Assembly: GCF_006345805.1 (NCBI RefSeq)
Contig: NC_043005.1
Coordinates: 11,036,001 to 11,100,000 of the forward strand
Source of the DNA: Octopus sinensis
Lineage: Eukaryota
Direction: 5' to 3'
Length of the DNA stretch: 64,000 nt
A program made the position numbers and the translations under genes. Shown piece by piece: positions 50,494 to 64,000 of the stretch (positions are counted from its first letter, which is position 1; every line of letters starts with the position of its first letter). The notes below the pieces were generated by a model. It worked only from the letters and a program-made list of their open reading frames with translations, was not told where the DNA came from and searched no databases.

Positions 50494-52174
50494 GAGTAAA
50501 AGAGTATATATATAAAACAGTCCTTGGACGAAGATTGTATGCACATTTTGCTTTGACGGTTAATGGCGGCCAAACCGATTTTTCACTGTGAAAAAACGAG
50601 TGCTTTTTGCCCTCATTTTCTTTTTAATCTCTTTATAAAAGTGAAAAGATTTCAGCTGTCCACTTACAACGGTGATTCAGTTGATTAGGAAAACTATACG
50701 TGATGAATATCCAATACCAAACTATCTTAATCTACATATTGAAAGTGCATTAAACCTACCTTTACCTATTCTGAGTTACTTGAAATGTGATGTTCCCTTT
50801 CCTCTCTTCTGATTGTTGATACCTTTCATTTTTTACCTTTGATACCGTTATTTCACTTTAAGGATGCTTCTTTACCCCGCCATTATGATATTTCGACTGC
50901 TGTCCATTGTTTCAAATAGGTTTTAGCCCTGTCATTCTAACCTTTTTAAACACTCACATATGATTCGTCCCAAAGAATCGACCTTTAAATAAGAGTTTTG
51001 CTTCCACTAGCGAAAGCTATACGTATCTTTCAGGAATTTCCCTACCAATTTAACTTTATGCAGCATTCGCTGTTAGCTTATGTGCACACTATGTTTGAAG
51101 ATAGATAAGGGGCTTTTGTTAGCTTTTCTCTCCGAAAAAAAAAAGCTCCCTTTGCTGTTGAAAAAAATAAACTCGCATAGGGAAGGCTCAACATCTCCTT
51201 CAATTTCCTTACACCATATATGTGGCCTGTTTCTGACAAGAAATTTCGCTTTCATCATGTAAAACAAATATATTTTGTAGTCATTATCCGTAATCTACTC
51301 CCAAAACACTTCAGTAGCTCTACATTACTTCTATTGCAAACTTATATGTTCTATGATTATCAAAGTGCAACGACCAGCCTTCAATTTGATTTTCCGTTCT
51401 TAGGTTAATCGGAAACAGATTGCCATGCTACACATAAACCTTCTCGGTAGTTCAATTATTTGGTGAAAAAATTACCTCGAAAGAAACTTAAACCGTCCAA
51501 AGGACAGGTGCTGTTTGCTATATATATATATATATATATATAAGTAATACTAAGCAATTAAGGGTTTAGCAACGAATTGCCTCACCACATACCGAATTTA
51601 GAAATAGCAGTCAAAGAGATATAGCTATTCCTAAATAGGGAGAATTCACGAAAAAAACAATAGACGAAGACAGGTGGTGTACAAAACAAACAAATGTATT
51701 AGTATAACGCTCAGGAATATAATATATATCTCTTTCTCTTTTATCTCTTTTACTTGTTTCAGTCATTTGACTGTGGCCATGCTGGAGCACCGCCTATGTA
51801 TATATGTATTTGTTTGTGTAAAACTACATCTATATAACCGATTTTCAGATGTTTTCCTTTAACAAATGCAGATTCTGTGAATCGATTAAACTAGATCCGT
51901 CAAATGAACAATAACATACGATGGATAATTGTCAGCTCATATACGCATAATGTTATATTTGGGGATGACCATATTTTTTATCAAATAACTGTATGCATTA
52001 TATATTCTTTCGTCACTTTAACTTTATTAAATAGTCTTATGTTAGTGTCCTTTGTCAGAAATCTTTTATCATACATCTTGTGACCTCTTCAGCGACTAGC
52101 CATCCTGCTTGTCTCTTCCGGTTCTGCTTACACCACAGAAAGGCAGAATGGACTAAAAAAAACAGAAGACGGAT

Positions 52175-52256
<82 letters not shown>

Positions 52257-52330
52257 CAGACGCACACACACTCACACACTCAGACACACATGTACCCAAA
52301 CATTTATATATATATATAATATATATATAT

Positions 52331-52363
<33 letters not shown>

Positions 52364-52586
52364 TTGTGTGTATCAATCTAGCAGATTCCCTCACACAACA
52401 TTGGTTGATTCTCCGTGTTATAGTAGAAGACACTTACCCAAGGTAATGCGCAGTGAGTCTGAACTTGAAACCACGTGACTGCAAAGCGAGCTTCTTAGCA
52501 TTCGGTTATGAAATAATTGGGCTTGTCTGCTCCTTACACACACAATCACACACACATGCACACACACATGCACTCACACACACACG

Positions 52587-52619
<33 letters not shown>

Positions 52620-52723
52620 GAACACACACACATTTAGATATATATATGTTTCAATCTAGCAGAATCTAGCAGGTTGAATATCCGAGTTATAGTTCTACTG
52701 ATAATTTGGCTTGTCTGTTCCTT

Positions 52724-52760
<37 letters not shown>

Positions 52761-52949
52761 CACACACACACGCATACACACACGCAATCACCCACATACA
52801 CACAGAAGCACGCATACATACATACATACAGACACAAATATTTATGTATACATATACTCATATACACAATGCAGATACACGCACACATACACGCAAGCAG
52901 ACACACACACATATATCCGTATGTGCATGCATGCCTAGATACTTATATG

Positions 52950-53490
52950 TGTGCATACGTGTATATGTAGGTATGTATGTATGCATGTATGTATGCATGT
53001 ATGTATGTATGTATGCATGCATGCATGCATGTATGTATGTATGTATGTATGTATGTATGTATGTATGTATGTATGTATGTATGTATGCATGCATGCGTGC
53101 ATGCATGCATGTATGTATGTATGTATGTATGTATGTATTGATGGATGGATGGATGGATGTAAGTGTGTATGTATGTATTATGTATGTATGTATATATGTA
53201 TGTATATATGTATGTATGTATGTATATATGTATGTATGTATATATGTATGTATGTATATATGTATGTATGTATGTATATATGTATGTATGTATGTATGTA
53301 TGAATGCATGTATGTATGTATGTACGTATATATGTATGTATGTACGTACGTATGTATGTATGTATGTATGGATGTATGGATGGATGTGTGTATGTATGTA
53401 TGTATGTATGTATGTATGTATGTTGTATGTATGTATGTGCGTGTGTATGTATGTATGTATGTATGTATGTATGTATGTATTTATGTTCAT
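52950..53490. repeat. (TATG)n microsatellite
   Basis: Direct reading. Confidence 0.97.
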
Positions 53491-54095
53491 ACATAGCTGT
53501 GTTGTCATTCAGTGATGGTTAATGCGGGAAACGTTCGTTATTTCTTTTTGTCTCAGCTATCTTTATTGTTAATCTCATAAGATGGGGTGGTGGGCGTACC
53601 CGTTCAACTTAATAGCAAGTTATCATCACATCAAAAATTGGCGGCTCATTAGCTCAAAGCTAATTGCATGGAGACACCAAATAATATACATTGTCTCTGG
53701 TGTTACTCAAAACACAGTACTGTATGAAAGTATGTAATCATTTCAAAAAAAAAAACAAAAAACAAAGATAAAAAATAAATAAATAAAAAATAATAAATAA
53801 AATAAAGTAAAATATTAAAATGTATTGTTTGTTTCTGAAATTACACCTGACGCACATATATACAAATAATCACAAAATTTCACACACAAACACACACATA
53901 TATAGCATACGGTATACTTATACACGCAGATATAAACTAGTATAATTAGTAAATTACTTGATGGAAAGCAATTACAATACTGTATTGGTAAACAAAAAAA
54001 AAATACTACCCCCATCCCTTCCACATACCGACTCATTTCTTTACATCCTTCATTTTTTTAATATATGTATTTTATGTGTGTGTGTGCCTGTATGC

Positions 54096-54147
<52 letters not shown>

Positions 54148-54303
54148 CAGCTGAAATTGCAAAGATAATCTGGTACTTGACCGAGGAAAGAAAACTTCGA
54201 ATGACCCGTCCTTGTTTTCTTTGTATCGTCTATCTGGATGTTTTGTTGTCACATTTTGTATTATATATATATATATATATATAATATATATGCATACATA
54301 CAT

Positions 54304-54400
<97 letters not shown>

Positions 54401-54446
54401 CATGCATACATACATACATACATACATGTGTATGTGTGTAAATGTA

Positions 54447-54482
<36 letters not shown>

Positions 54483-54807
54483 CATTTACACACATACACA
54501 CACATAAACAATAAAAGGTCAAAAGGTAACTATATTTATCAAACCACCTGATATCCATAGGATTACGGCTGTTTCGCAGCTTTCATCATGGTATAATAAT
54601 TTCAGTGTATAATAAATAATTTTATACCTCTAAACCAATATGCATGCTACACGCTATACAATATCATTGTACATTTACAAATCAATACACATATAGAAGG
54701 CTTGCTCTTCAGATCACTAAAACATCTTGGTTACCCCACTGCCTCAACTCTGCGTATGCATACAAAATGTTTGCTTTATCTATACAATGTAGGGAAAACT
54801 GACACTA

Positions 54808-56745
54808 CAGTATTTCCCGATTGCATTCGTCCCATTCTCAAATGGATTCATTCCTTCGATACCAAATCCAATTTAGATCTTAAATATTAAAAAATTAGAC
54901 ACCTATTAAGCTTAAACAAACGTACAAAATAGTACCTTAGCTCGAGAATAGTGAAAAATAAAACAAAAAACTAAACTTAAAACAATTTAAATTTATTTCA
55001 AGATTCTTGTAATCATAAATATTTCACAAATCCTTCATTGTTGGATAAAAATGTTTGATACGTATCTACGTATCTCTCTCTCTGTCTCTCTCTGTCTATC
55101 TGTCTCCCTCTTTTTCTCTCTCTTTCTCTCTCTGTCTCTCTATATTATTATCTTGCACAATTTACAGCAAATATTGAGCCCACTGCAAGATAAATTGCTG
55201 TTTATAAAATATTCATTCTGTGAATCATCATGAATTTTCTGTTGTAGAGATCATGTTTATGACACTGTAAATACTGCTTCACAAAAGATTTCAACTCGTT
55301 GAACATTTCTTCAATGGGATTAAACATTGGGGAATAAAGAGGTAGATATTTAACCGTATTTTGTGGTAGGAGATCAATTTCATCGACACATTTATGGATG
55401 CGCACTTTGTCCATAATACATGTGACAAGATCTGATGTAGTCGCAGCGATCTTTAGCAAACATTGATGTAAAATAGCTGTTAATGTCATAAGTTGTGATC
55501 TTAAACGTTGTGATCTAAAATTGGACAAGACCCGACAATAATGTTTAAATTTGCCCCTTTAGTAGAAGGACGATCGGGAATTGCCCTAACTCCACCGTAA
55601 GCTCTGTCCATCAACCTTCAAAAAAATAGATCGTAAAAATATTAGCTTGCTTACCAACCACATGGATCCGGGTTCAGTCCCACTGCGTGGCATCTTGGGC
55701 AAGTGTCTTCTACTATAAGCCTCGGGCCGACCAATGCCTTGTGAGTGGATTTGGTAGACGGAAACTGAAAGAAGCCTGTCGTATATATGTATATATGTCT
55801 ATGTATGTATGTATGTATGTATGTATGTATGTATGTATGTATGTGTATATATGTTTGTGTGTCTGTGTTTGTCCTCCTAGCATTGCTTGACAACCGATGC
55901 TGGTGTGTTTACATCCCCGTTACTTAGCGGTTCGGCAAAAGAGACCGATAGACTAAGTACTGGGCTTACAAAGAATAAGTCCCGGGGTCGATTTGCTCGA
56001 CTAAAGGCGGTGATCCAGCATGGCCGCAGTCAAATGACTGAAACAAGTAAAAGAGTAAAAGAGTAAAAAAGAGTAATAAACAAAAGTATTTTGCAAATAT
56101 AATAATCATTTACCTTAAAATCCAAATGTTGCAATTTGTTTCATTAATATATACACGACGAATGACCAATCCATTATCTTGAAGCCATTTTGCGTAATAG
56201 CATGGCTCCTTTTTTGTGTTTTCGTTATTTCGTTCTTGAGGACGAATTATTTGTTTTCTCAGAGTGTATCCAAAGTCGCCAAGATAGCGATCAATAGTTA
56301 ATAATGAAACAGTCAAATCGAATTTCTCTTGTAAAAGATCCCTCATTCTTTTCAAAGTTAAAGTTGGGTCCTCATTCGATTCTTGTAAAAATTGTTGATG
56401 ATTTTCCTTGACTTTTCGCTGCCGGTGCCCACGTTATTTCTTTCGAGAATAATCCTTCTGTGCAAATGTTTCGACTATACTGTAGTTAATATCAAAACAG
56501 CGGGACAAAGATTTCAAATTCTCACTGTTTCTGGAAGCAGAAAATATTCTTTTTGTTTTTTATCCTGCTCAGATACTTTCTCGTACGTCTTGTTTGACAT
56601 GTTAAAAATGTTTGAAATCGGACTTTAATACTGAAGGGACGAATTCATTTGAGAAAAGGACGAATCTATTTGAGAAAAGGACGAATCTATTTGAGAAGGG
56701 GACGAATTTATTTGAGAAAGGCACGAATTCAATCGGGAAATACTG
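54808..56745 (-). mobile_element. Tc1/IS630-like DNA transposon with decayed transposase, SINE-interrupted
   Basis: TA-flanked TIRs CAGTATTTCCCGATTG at both ends; LQEKFDLTVSLLTIDRYL, VYINET, CIMDKVRIH, YLPLYSPMFNPIEEMFNELK. Confidence 0.88.
55643..56075 (+). mobile_element. SINE family B
   Basis: 5'-clipped head, body and tail. Confidence 0.9.
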
Positions 56746-57379
56746 TAGATAAAATTAGCTTGGTATGGTCATTAAAGAATAAATATAACAATAAATATAT
56801 TTTGTATGATATCAAGTTAGCTGCTAGGTCTAAGTTTAGGAAATTGACCATCATTAATCAGGAAAGGAAAGAAAAGAAAGTTGTTGAATTGAATTTTTAA
56901 AAAATATTTTGAAAGTGCTTAAAAATACATATAAAAACCAAAATGTAATATACATGAATTCAATGGGTAACGGACAGTCGGAGATATACAAATTAAATCA
57001 AAAGATAGTTTTTATTAACAATTATTTCCATATAGGGTTAAAATGTCAAAGGACCTCCAAATATATTCTGTCTGAATAAATGTATTGAAACCAACGTAAT
57101 GGTCTCACAGAGGTGGAGGCAGATACATGTAAGCATTAGCATACTAAAAATATACACAAGCACACTCATATGACTGTATATTCATAAACTCATTAATATA
57201 CATACATACCGCACTGGGACAAATATTTGTAGACGCACAAATGTATGTATGCTACGCTACATACGTACACACACATGTATATATATATATATATATATAT
57301 ATCAAGTAAGTACTGTAAATTTACAGTGGATAGAGTGAATACTTGATAAGTGTAAGCACCTATATTTGCCATATATATT

Positions 57380-57415
<36 letters not shown>

Positions 57416-57421
<6 letters not shown>

Positions 57422-57515
57422 AGAATGGAGTTGAACGAAGATTTTAACAAAATTCCTTTACTTTCGAAAGTAAAGGAGTTTTGTTAAAATCTTCGTTCGA
57501 CTCCATTCTTTTCAT
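57416..57515. repeat. 100-bp palindrome centred on TTTC|GAAA
   Basis: Arms differ at two positions. Confidence 0.95.
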
Positions 57516-57929
57516 TTATTCATATATAAAACACACAAATTTCCACACACGAACACGGGGTTCTGCCCTTGGCATGTAACTTCAACCGTGTTTTACTGAC
57601 GTGAATTTGCTACCCAGGTATCGATTAACCGAATTATCCATACTAGGATAATTCATTCATCTACTTAAATATATATATATATATATATACATAACTAAAT
57701 ACATACTAAAACACATAAATATTGGACATATACATACATAAATACATACATACACACACACACATACACGCATTACTGCACAGATACCTATATAGGCTCA
57801 TTCAGCTACAGCACACCCATATACACAAATATGCATATAAGCACGTTTATATACCTATATGCAGCTATGTGCACAACTTATAAATATGCGTAAATATATT
57901 GGTACAGACTTGTAAAATAATTTATTATA

Positions 57930-58154
57930 GGCGTAGGAGTGGCTGCGTGGTAAGTATAGGCGTAGGAATGGCTGTGTGGTAAGTAGCCTGCTTACGAGCC
58001 ACACGGCTCCGGGTTCAGTCCCACTGCGTGGCACCTTGGGCAAGTGTTTTCAACTATTGCCTCGGGCCGACCAAAGTCTTGAGAGTGGATTTGGTAGACG
58101 GAAACTGAATGAAGCCCGTCGTATATATGTATATATATATGTATATATATATAT

Positions 58155-58199
<45 letters not shown>

Positions 58200-58430
58200 A
58201 TGTTTGTGTGTCTGTGTTTGTCCCTCCAACATCGCTTGACATTCGATGCTGGTGTGTTTACGTCCCCGTAACTTAGCGGTTCGGCAAAAGAGAGAGATAG
58301 AATATGCATTAGGCTTTCAAAGAATAAGTCCTGGGTTTGATTTGCTCGACTAGAGGCGGTGCTCCAGCATGACCACAGTCAAATGACTGAAACAAATAAA
58401 AGGGTAAAAGAGTAAAAGAGTAAAAGAGTA
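57930..58430 (+). mobile_element. SINE family B with duplicated first about 30 nt
   Basis: GGCGTAGGAGTGGCTG..GGTAAGTA occurs twice. Confidence 0.9.
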
Positions 58431-59594
58431 TACGCTAAAATTATTATTGCATGATGAAGGCTGCAAATCAATCGTATTCCTACTGATTATCAAGTGGGTA
58501 AATAAATATATTCACCTCTCATACCTCCTGACATTCTATGGCTTATGTACTCCCCATGAAATAATTCGATCGATTGGATCTTCTGGATTTCAGCTGCACA
58601 GAACTCTGCATTATATTCCTCTGTAATGGATTACTGTGTTATGATAGCCGGGTCCCCCAGAAGAGCTTCCTCTGTTAGCTGCAGGAGTCTACGAATCTAT
58701 ATATTGCACTACACACACACACACGAAAACACATACACACACACAATACAAGCGTACATGCAAATACATGCATTCATATTTTAAGTCTATGGTTGCTGAT
58801 TTCACTTTATGAATTCAGTCGAGAATTCTCATTCAAATAAACTTTAATCCGATAACCTTTGGAACACACTACGTGAGTATTGTCAACACAGTAGGAAAAT
58901 AGGGGATTTGAATTTTGATAGTAAGCCTTTTACCATTCAGGCTTCTAATATAAGCTACGAAGCCCCTAACTTTAACGGAGTTCCTTTTGAGAGCCTTTCA
59001 ATACTTGGGGTTCGCTGGAGAATTGTACCTTAAAAAGACCACATGTTTTGATACATTCATTTCTGACATGCATCTTTTCAGGAAAGTTACTACCTTTTAC
59101 TGTTGCGTTGAAGACCACCTTCAGATAACAATGATCATGTTGTGCTAGTCTGTGGCTGGTTAGAACCCTTATTCATGCAAAACAATTTCTTTTTATATTT
59201 GTGTATTGAGATTTAAATTGAGGTTAGTTTCTACTGTAATGCGTAATCATATTTCAATGAAAAGATTTTAAAAATTCTTTCCTAATTTTATCAAGCATAT
59301 ACCCACTCGAGCTTATCGATATCAATAAACCGTCATCCCTGTAAATGAGTAGTAGTGGTGAGACAAATATTAACAAAAAGACAAACAATCACGCATACAC
59401 GTATACATACATATACAGGACGGACTTCCCCACAGTTACCGTCTACCAAATTCATTCATGGGGCATTAGTCAGCCCAGGGATGTAGTTAAAGAGATTTGC
59501 CCAAGACGCCACGTAATGAGGCAGAATTCGAAATCACGTGGTTCAAGGCAAACTTAATGCATACCCCACAAATGTATATATATATGTATGAATC

Positions 59595-59612
59595 TATCGA
59601 TCTATCTATCTG

Positions 59613-59643
<31 letters not shown>

Positions 59644-59703
59644 GTCTGTCTGTCTGTCTTTCTGTCTGTCTGTCTGTCTGTCTATCCATCCATCCGTCTG
59701 TCA

Positions 59704-59786
<83 letters not shown>

Positions 59787-60141
59787 CATCTGTCTGTCTG
59801 TTGTCTATATATCTGTCTGTCTGTCTCTCTCTCTGTCTGTCTGTCTGTATGTCTGTTAGTCTGTCTCAGTGACTTTCTGTGTCTATCTATCTACGTATCT
59901 GTCTCACTGTCTCTCTCTGTCTATCTGTCTCCCCCTTTCTCTCTCTCTTCCTCTCTTTCTCTCTCTGTCTCTCTATATCTCTCTCTCTATCTCTATCTAT
60001 CTCTCTGTCTGTCTGTCTGTCCGTCAGTCTGTCTGTCTGTCTGTCTGTCCGTCAGTCTGTCTGTCTGTCTCTATCCATCTATCTACCTATCTATCTGTCA
60101 GTCTCTCTCTCTCTCTCTCTCTCCCTCTATCTATCTGTGTA

Positions 60142-60210
<69 letters not shown>
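59595..60210. repeat. (CTAT/CTGT/CT)n microsatellite block
   Basis: Direct reading. Confidence 0.95.
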
Positions 60211-60229
60211 TTTACCATTTACTTATTTC

Positions 60230-60490
60230 AGTCATTGGACTGCAGCCATTCCGCGACGCCGTCTTAAAAGTCTTAGTCCAACAGATCGATTTCAGTACTT
60301 ATTATCTTTTTAAAGTCTGATACTTATTGTATTGATGTCTTTGCCGGAGGGCTAAGTTAGGAGGACGTAAATAAACCAACAGCGGTTGTCAAGTGGTGGA
60401 GGTGGGGGACAACTACAATCACAGACACACACACAGATAGATATACAAAAACATGCATATAAATATATATACATGTATATACACACAAAC
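60230..60490 (-). mobile_element. SINE family B, 3' half
   Basis: Degenerate tail and body. Confidence 0.7.
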
Positions 60491-60551
60491 ACACACATAT
60501 GTATTGATTGTAGTAGTTTAGAGATTTTATAAAAAAAAGTATATACAAGTC

Positions 60552-60960
60552 GGCGTAGAAGTGGCTGTGTGGTAAGTAGCTTGCTAACCAACCACATGAT
60601 TCCGGGTTCAGTCCCACTGCGTGGCACCTAGGGCAAGTGTCTTCTACTATAGCCTCGGGCCGACCAAAGCCTTGTGAGTGGATTTGGTAGACGGAAACTG
60701 AAAGACGCTCGTCGTATATATATGTATATATATAAATATGCATGTATGTGTGTGTTTGTGTGTCTGTGTTTGTCCCCCACAACATCACTTCACAACCGAT
60801 ACTGGTGTGTTTACGTCCCCGTAACTTAGCGGTTCGGCAAAAGAGACCGATAGAATAAGTATAAGGCTTAGAAAGAATAAGTCCTGGGGTCGATTTGCTC
60901 GACTAAAGGCGGTGCTCCAGCATGGCCACACTCAAATGACTGAAACAAGTAAAAGAGTAA
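60552..60960 (+). mobile_element. SINE family B
   Basis: Full head, body and tail. Confidence 0.92.
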
Positions 60961-61165
60961 GTCGGCGAGCTGGCAGAATCGTTAGTACGCCGGACAAAAT
61001 GTTTAGCGATATTTTCTCCGTCTTCATGTTCTGAGTTCAAACCCAAACGATTTCAACTTAGCCTTTCATCGTTTCGGGGGCCGATAAATTAAGTACCATT
61101 TCAGTACTGGGGTCCATTATTCCCCTCCCCAACAGTTCCAGGCCTTGTACCTGTTGTAGAAAGGG
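60961..61165 (+). mobile_element. SINE family A, degenerate, tail type 2
   Basis: Head and core. Confidence 0.75.
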
Positions 61166-61258
61166 TATATTAAAAAGTATTGAAAATGGTTATTAAGATA
61201 AATACTATTTATTGATACCACTGTTTTGATATGTGCCTTTAGTCAGAATCAGCCAGAA

Positions 61259-61655
61259 GACGGCGAGCTGGCAGAAGCGTTAGCACGCCGGGCGAAATGC
61301 TTTGCGGTATTTCGTCCACCGCTGCGTTCTGAGTTCAAATTCCGCCGAGGTCGACTTTGCCTTTCATCCTTTCGGGGTCGATTAAATAAGTACCAGTTAC
61401 CCACTGGGGTCGATGTAATCGACTTAATCCCTTTGTGTGTTCTTGTTTGTCCCCTCTATGTTTAGCCCCATGTGGGTAGTAAAGAAATAGGTATTTCGTC
61501 TGTCTTTACGTTGTGAGTTCAAATTCCGCCGAGATCGACTTTGCCTTTCATCCTTTCGGGGTCAATAAATCAAGTACCAGTTGCATACTGGGGTCGATCT
61601 AATCGACTGGCTTCCTCCCCCAAAATTTCAGGCCTTGTGCCTTAAGCAGAAAAGA
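61259..61655 (+). mobile_element. SINE family A dimer (head + unit with tail 1 + unit with tail 2)
   Basis: Junction AAAGAAATA|GGTATTTCGTC at about 61490. Confidence 0.88.
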
Positions 61656-62494
61656 CAGAAGCAGCCAGAACACTCATAGAAATATAGAAATGAATGTGAG
61701 CGTGCGTGCAGGCCTGTGTGTGTGTGTGTGTGTTTGTACTTCCAGGGTTAGCTTTGGCTTTCATCTTCGTGGGATCGATAGAGTAAGGCTGGGAAGCAAC
61801 TTTTCGTTAACCTTGTGCTGCTTTATGTCTATTTTACAGATACGTCGACATAATTTCTAAAACTGAGAAAGACAATCATATCTACTTAAAAAAGAAATCA
61901 ATTAATATCGTTGAAAACTAGATTACAGAAATTACAGAAATTTAATAGAAAAGTTGTCATACCGTTGAGACTCATATATGTAATATAGTAAATTGTAAAG
62001 TGGCGGAAGTTTGGCTGAGTAATTATAGCATTGTATAGAAAGCTACACAAAATTTGCCCTGATTCTTTACCCGGTGTTCAAATACTGCAGAGATCAACTT
62101 TGCTTCTCATAATTCGGGGTCCATAGACAAAATTCTAATTCAGAGTAGCGAGCTGGGAGAAATGTATATAACAGCGTCGGACAAAGTGTCTTGTGATACG
62201 TGATCCGACTCCATGCGTACTGAAAGCAACAGTTGCGATAGGACAAGTACCAATCTGCCGTAGTTATCTTCGGATAAAATCAGTAGCGTGGAGAAGGGAG
62301 GCCTGTACTGTTGGGCAATGTGCAGTCTTGCACCGTAGGACAAACTTCCCCAGGACAAAACCTCCTAAGTTAAAGTGCGAAATAGGACAAAATCCCATCA
62401 ATTATAATTTTACTATTTTTTAAAAACTTTGTTACCATTTAATAGCATTCAAATTAGAAGAAAAAATATAACTCAAGGGATTTATTGCTGAAGT

Positions 62495-62885
62495 GAGTGA
62501 CTGTGTCGTAAGTAGCTTACTTACCAACCACATGGTTCCGGGTTCAGTCCTACTGCGTGGCACCTTGGGCAAGTGTGTTCTACTCTAGCCTCGGGCCGAC
62601 CAAAGCCTTGTGAGTAGATTTGGTAGACGGAAACAGAAAGCAGCCCGTCGTATATATGTATGTGAGTGTGTGTGTGTTTGTGTTTATGTGTTTGTCCCCT
62701 AACATCGCTTGACAACCGATGCTGGTGTATTTACGTCCCCGTAACGTAGCGGTTCGGCAAAAGAAACCGATAGAATAAGTACTAGGCTTACAAAGAATAA
62801 GTCCTGGGGTCGATTTCTTCGGCTAAAGGCGGTGCTCCAGTATGGCCCCAGTCAAATGACTTAACCAAGTAAAAGAGTAAAAGAG
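62495..62885 (+). mobile_element. SINE family B
   Basis: Head, body and tail. Confidence 0.9.
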
Positions 62886-63034
62886 AGAGAAGATAATCAT
62901 GAAAAATATTAGTCTTTGTGATCATTGTTTTGTCTACCTGAGTATCTTAATTACCCATGGCTAGGTAAAAACTTAGCTTCTTAAAACATATCTTCTACCC
63001 GAGTACCGTAATTCTCCATGTATATTCTTTTACA

Positions 63035-63269
63035 AGTGATGTTGGGGGGACAAACACAGACACACAAACACACACATACATAATATTTATATATATACAT
63101 ATATACGACGGGCTTCTTTCAGTTTCCGTCTACCAAGTCCACTCACAAGACTTTGGTCGGCCCGAGGCTAGAGTAGAAGACACTTGCCCAAGGTACCACG
63201 CAGTGGGACTGAACCCGGAACCATGTGGTTGGTAAGCATGCTACTTACCACACAGCCACTCCTACACCT
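63035..63269 (-). mobile_element. SINE family B, 5' half
   Basis: Reverse complement of head and body. Confidence 0.88.
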
Positions 63270-63884
63270 ATGGTAAAGGTAAAAACATCTTAAAAAGAAA
63301 CTAACAGTGCAACGGAAGGCCAATAATGTCACCAACCGCTAAGGAAAACATGCAGATACACACACACGTACACACACACACACACACACACACAGACACA
63401 CACACACAGACACACAGACACACACACGCACACAAATTTTGCCTCAGGCCCGCAGTTATATGACTACCCCTACGTGATGGATATCCGCTTCTACACAACC
63501 ATCTTTACATATCAAAACGTCACTGAGACCTATTGTGTTTAGCTTAAATATGCAGAACACTCCCCAGGAAGCATTTTTTCCGTCAACCATATTGATGATG
63601 CTTCAAAACAGAAAAAAAGAATTAATGTTTTCGGCTCAATCTCAAAATATATCTCTATGGATTCTGAAGCAACAGTTTCCATATTAGCAAATATGCAGTA
63701 GCAGCAGTTATAATATGCAATGGCAGCAATATTGCTTGAATTGTTTCGACAGATGAGCAAGTGCAGTAGCACCAAACAACTTTCTGCCTAGTCGGGTGGG
63801 TGGCGGTAAAGGAGAAAGAAACATGAGGACGCGCAAGAAAGCGAAGATCCAAATCAACTAGATGATGGATTATGTCTACTCTTT

Positions 63885-64000
63885 TCTACACTAGGCACAT
63901 GGCCCGAAATTTTGCAGGAGAGGGCCAGTCGATTAGATCGATCCCCAGTACACAACTGGTACTTAATTTATCGACCCCGAAAGGATGAAAGGCAAAGTCG
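63885..64000 (-). mobile_element. SINE family A, tail type 2 (runs off the window)
   Basis: Core and tail type 2. Confidence 0.8.

Noticed and set aside
54150-54260. Hammerhead-like look of GGTACTTGACCGAGGA...TTCGAATGACC (relatives at about 19610-19760 minus and 49180-49260)
   Set aside because: Neither the CUGANGA nor the GAAA box is intact in any of the three copies; kept only as a dispersed pLTR-like repeat.
56636-56745. Regular short repeats resembling a CRISPR array
   Set aside because: No unique spacers, eukaryotic context, and they are transposon subterminal repeats.
63539-63852. Non-repetitive minus-strand ORFs near the window end
   Set aside because: No recognisable motif or clear splice signals.

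Overview
Repeat-dominated eukaryotic DNA, very probably from an octopus (coleoid cephalopod). That assignment is inferred from three abundant tRNA-derived SINE families and extreme microsatellite density, not from a database search. No intact protein-coding gene is supported, and most ORFs in the track are microsatellite or SINE artefacts. The recognisable coding remnants are all decayed transposable elements: Tx1/L1 RT, MULE, Penelope-like RT and GIY-YIG, Helitron Pif1 helicase, R4/Dong-like, three RTE LINE 3' ends, one mariner and two Tc1-like transposases. The most notable signal is a set of type I hammerhead ribozyme (HHR) motifs in several unrelated sequence contexts. These include a 471-bp tandem repeat with one HHR per unit (retrozyme-like, 41755-42538), a 185-bp palindrome carrying two divergently oriented HHRs, and a family with a shared non-canonical CUGUAGA core. 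Coordinates were counted by eye, and ends of degenerate elements are approximate.
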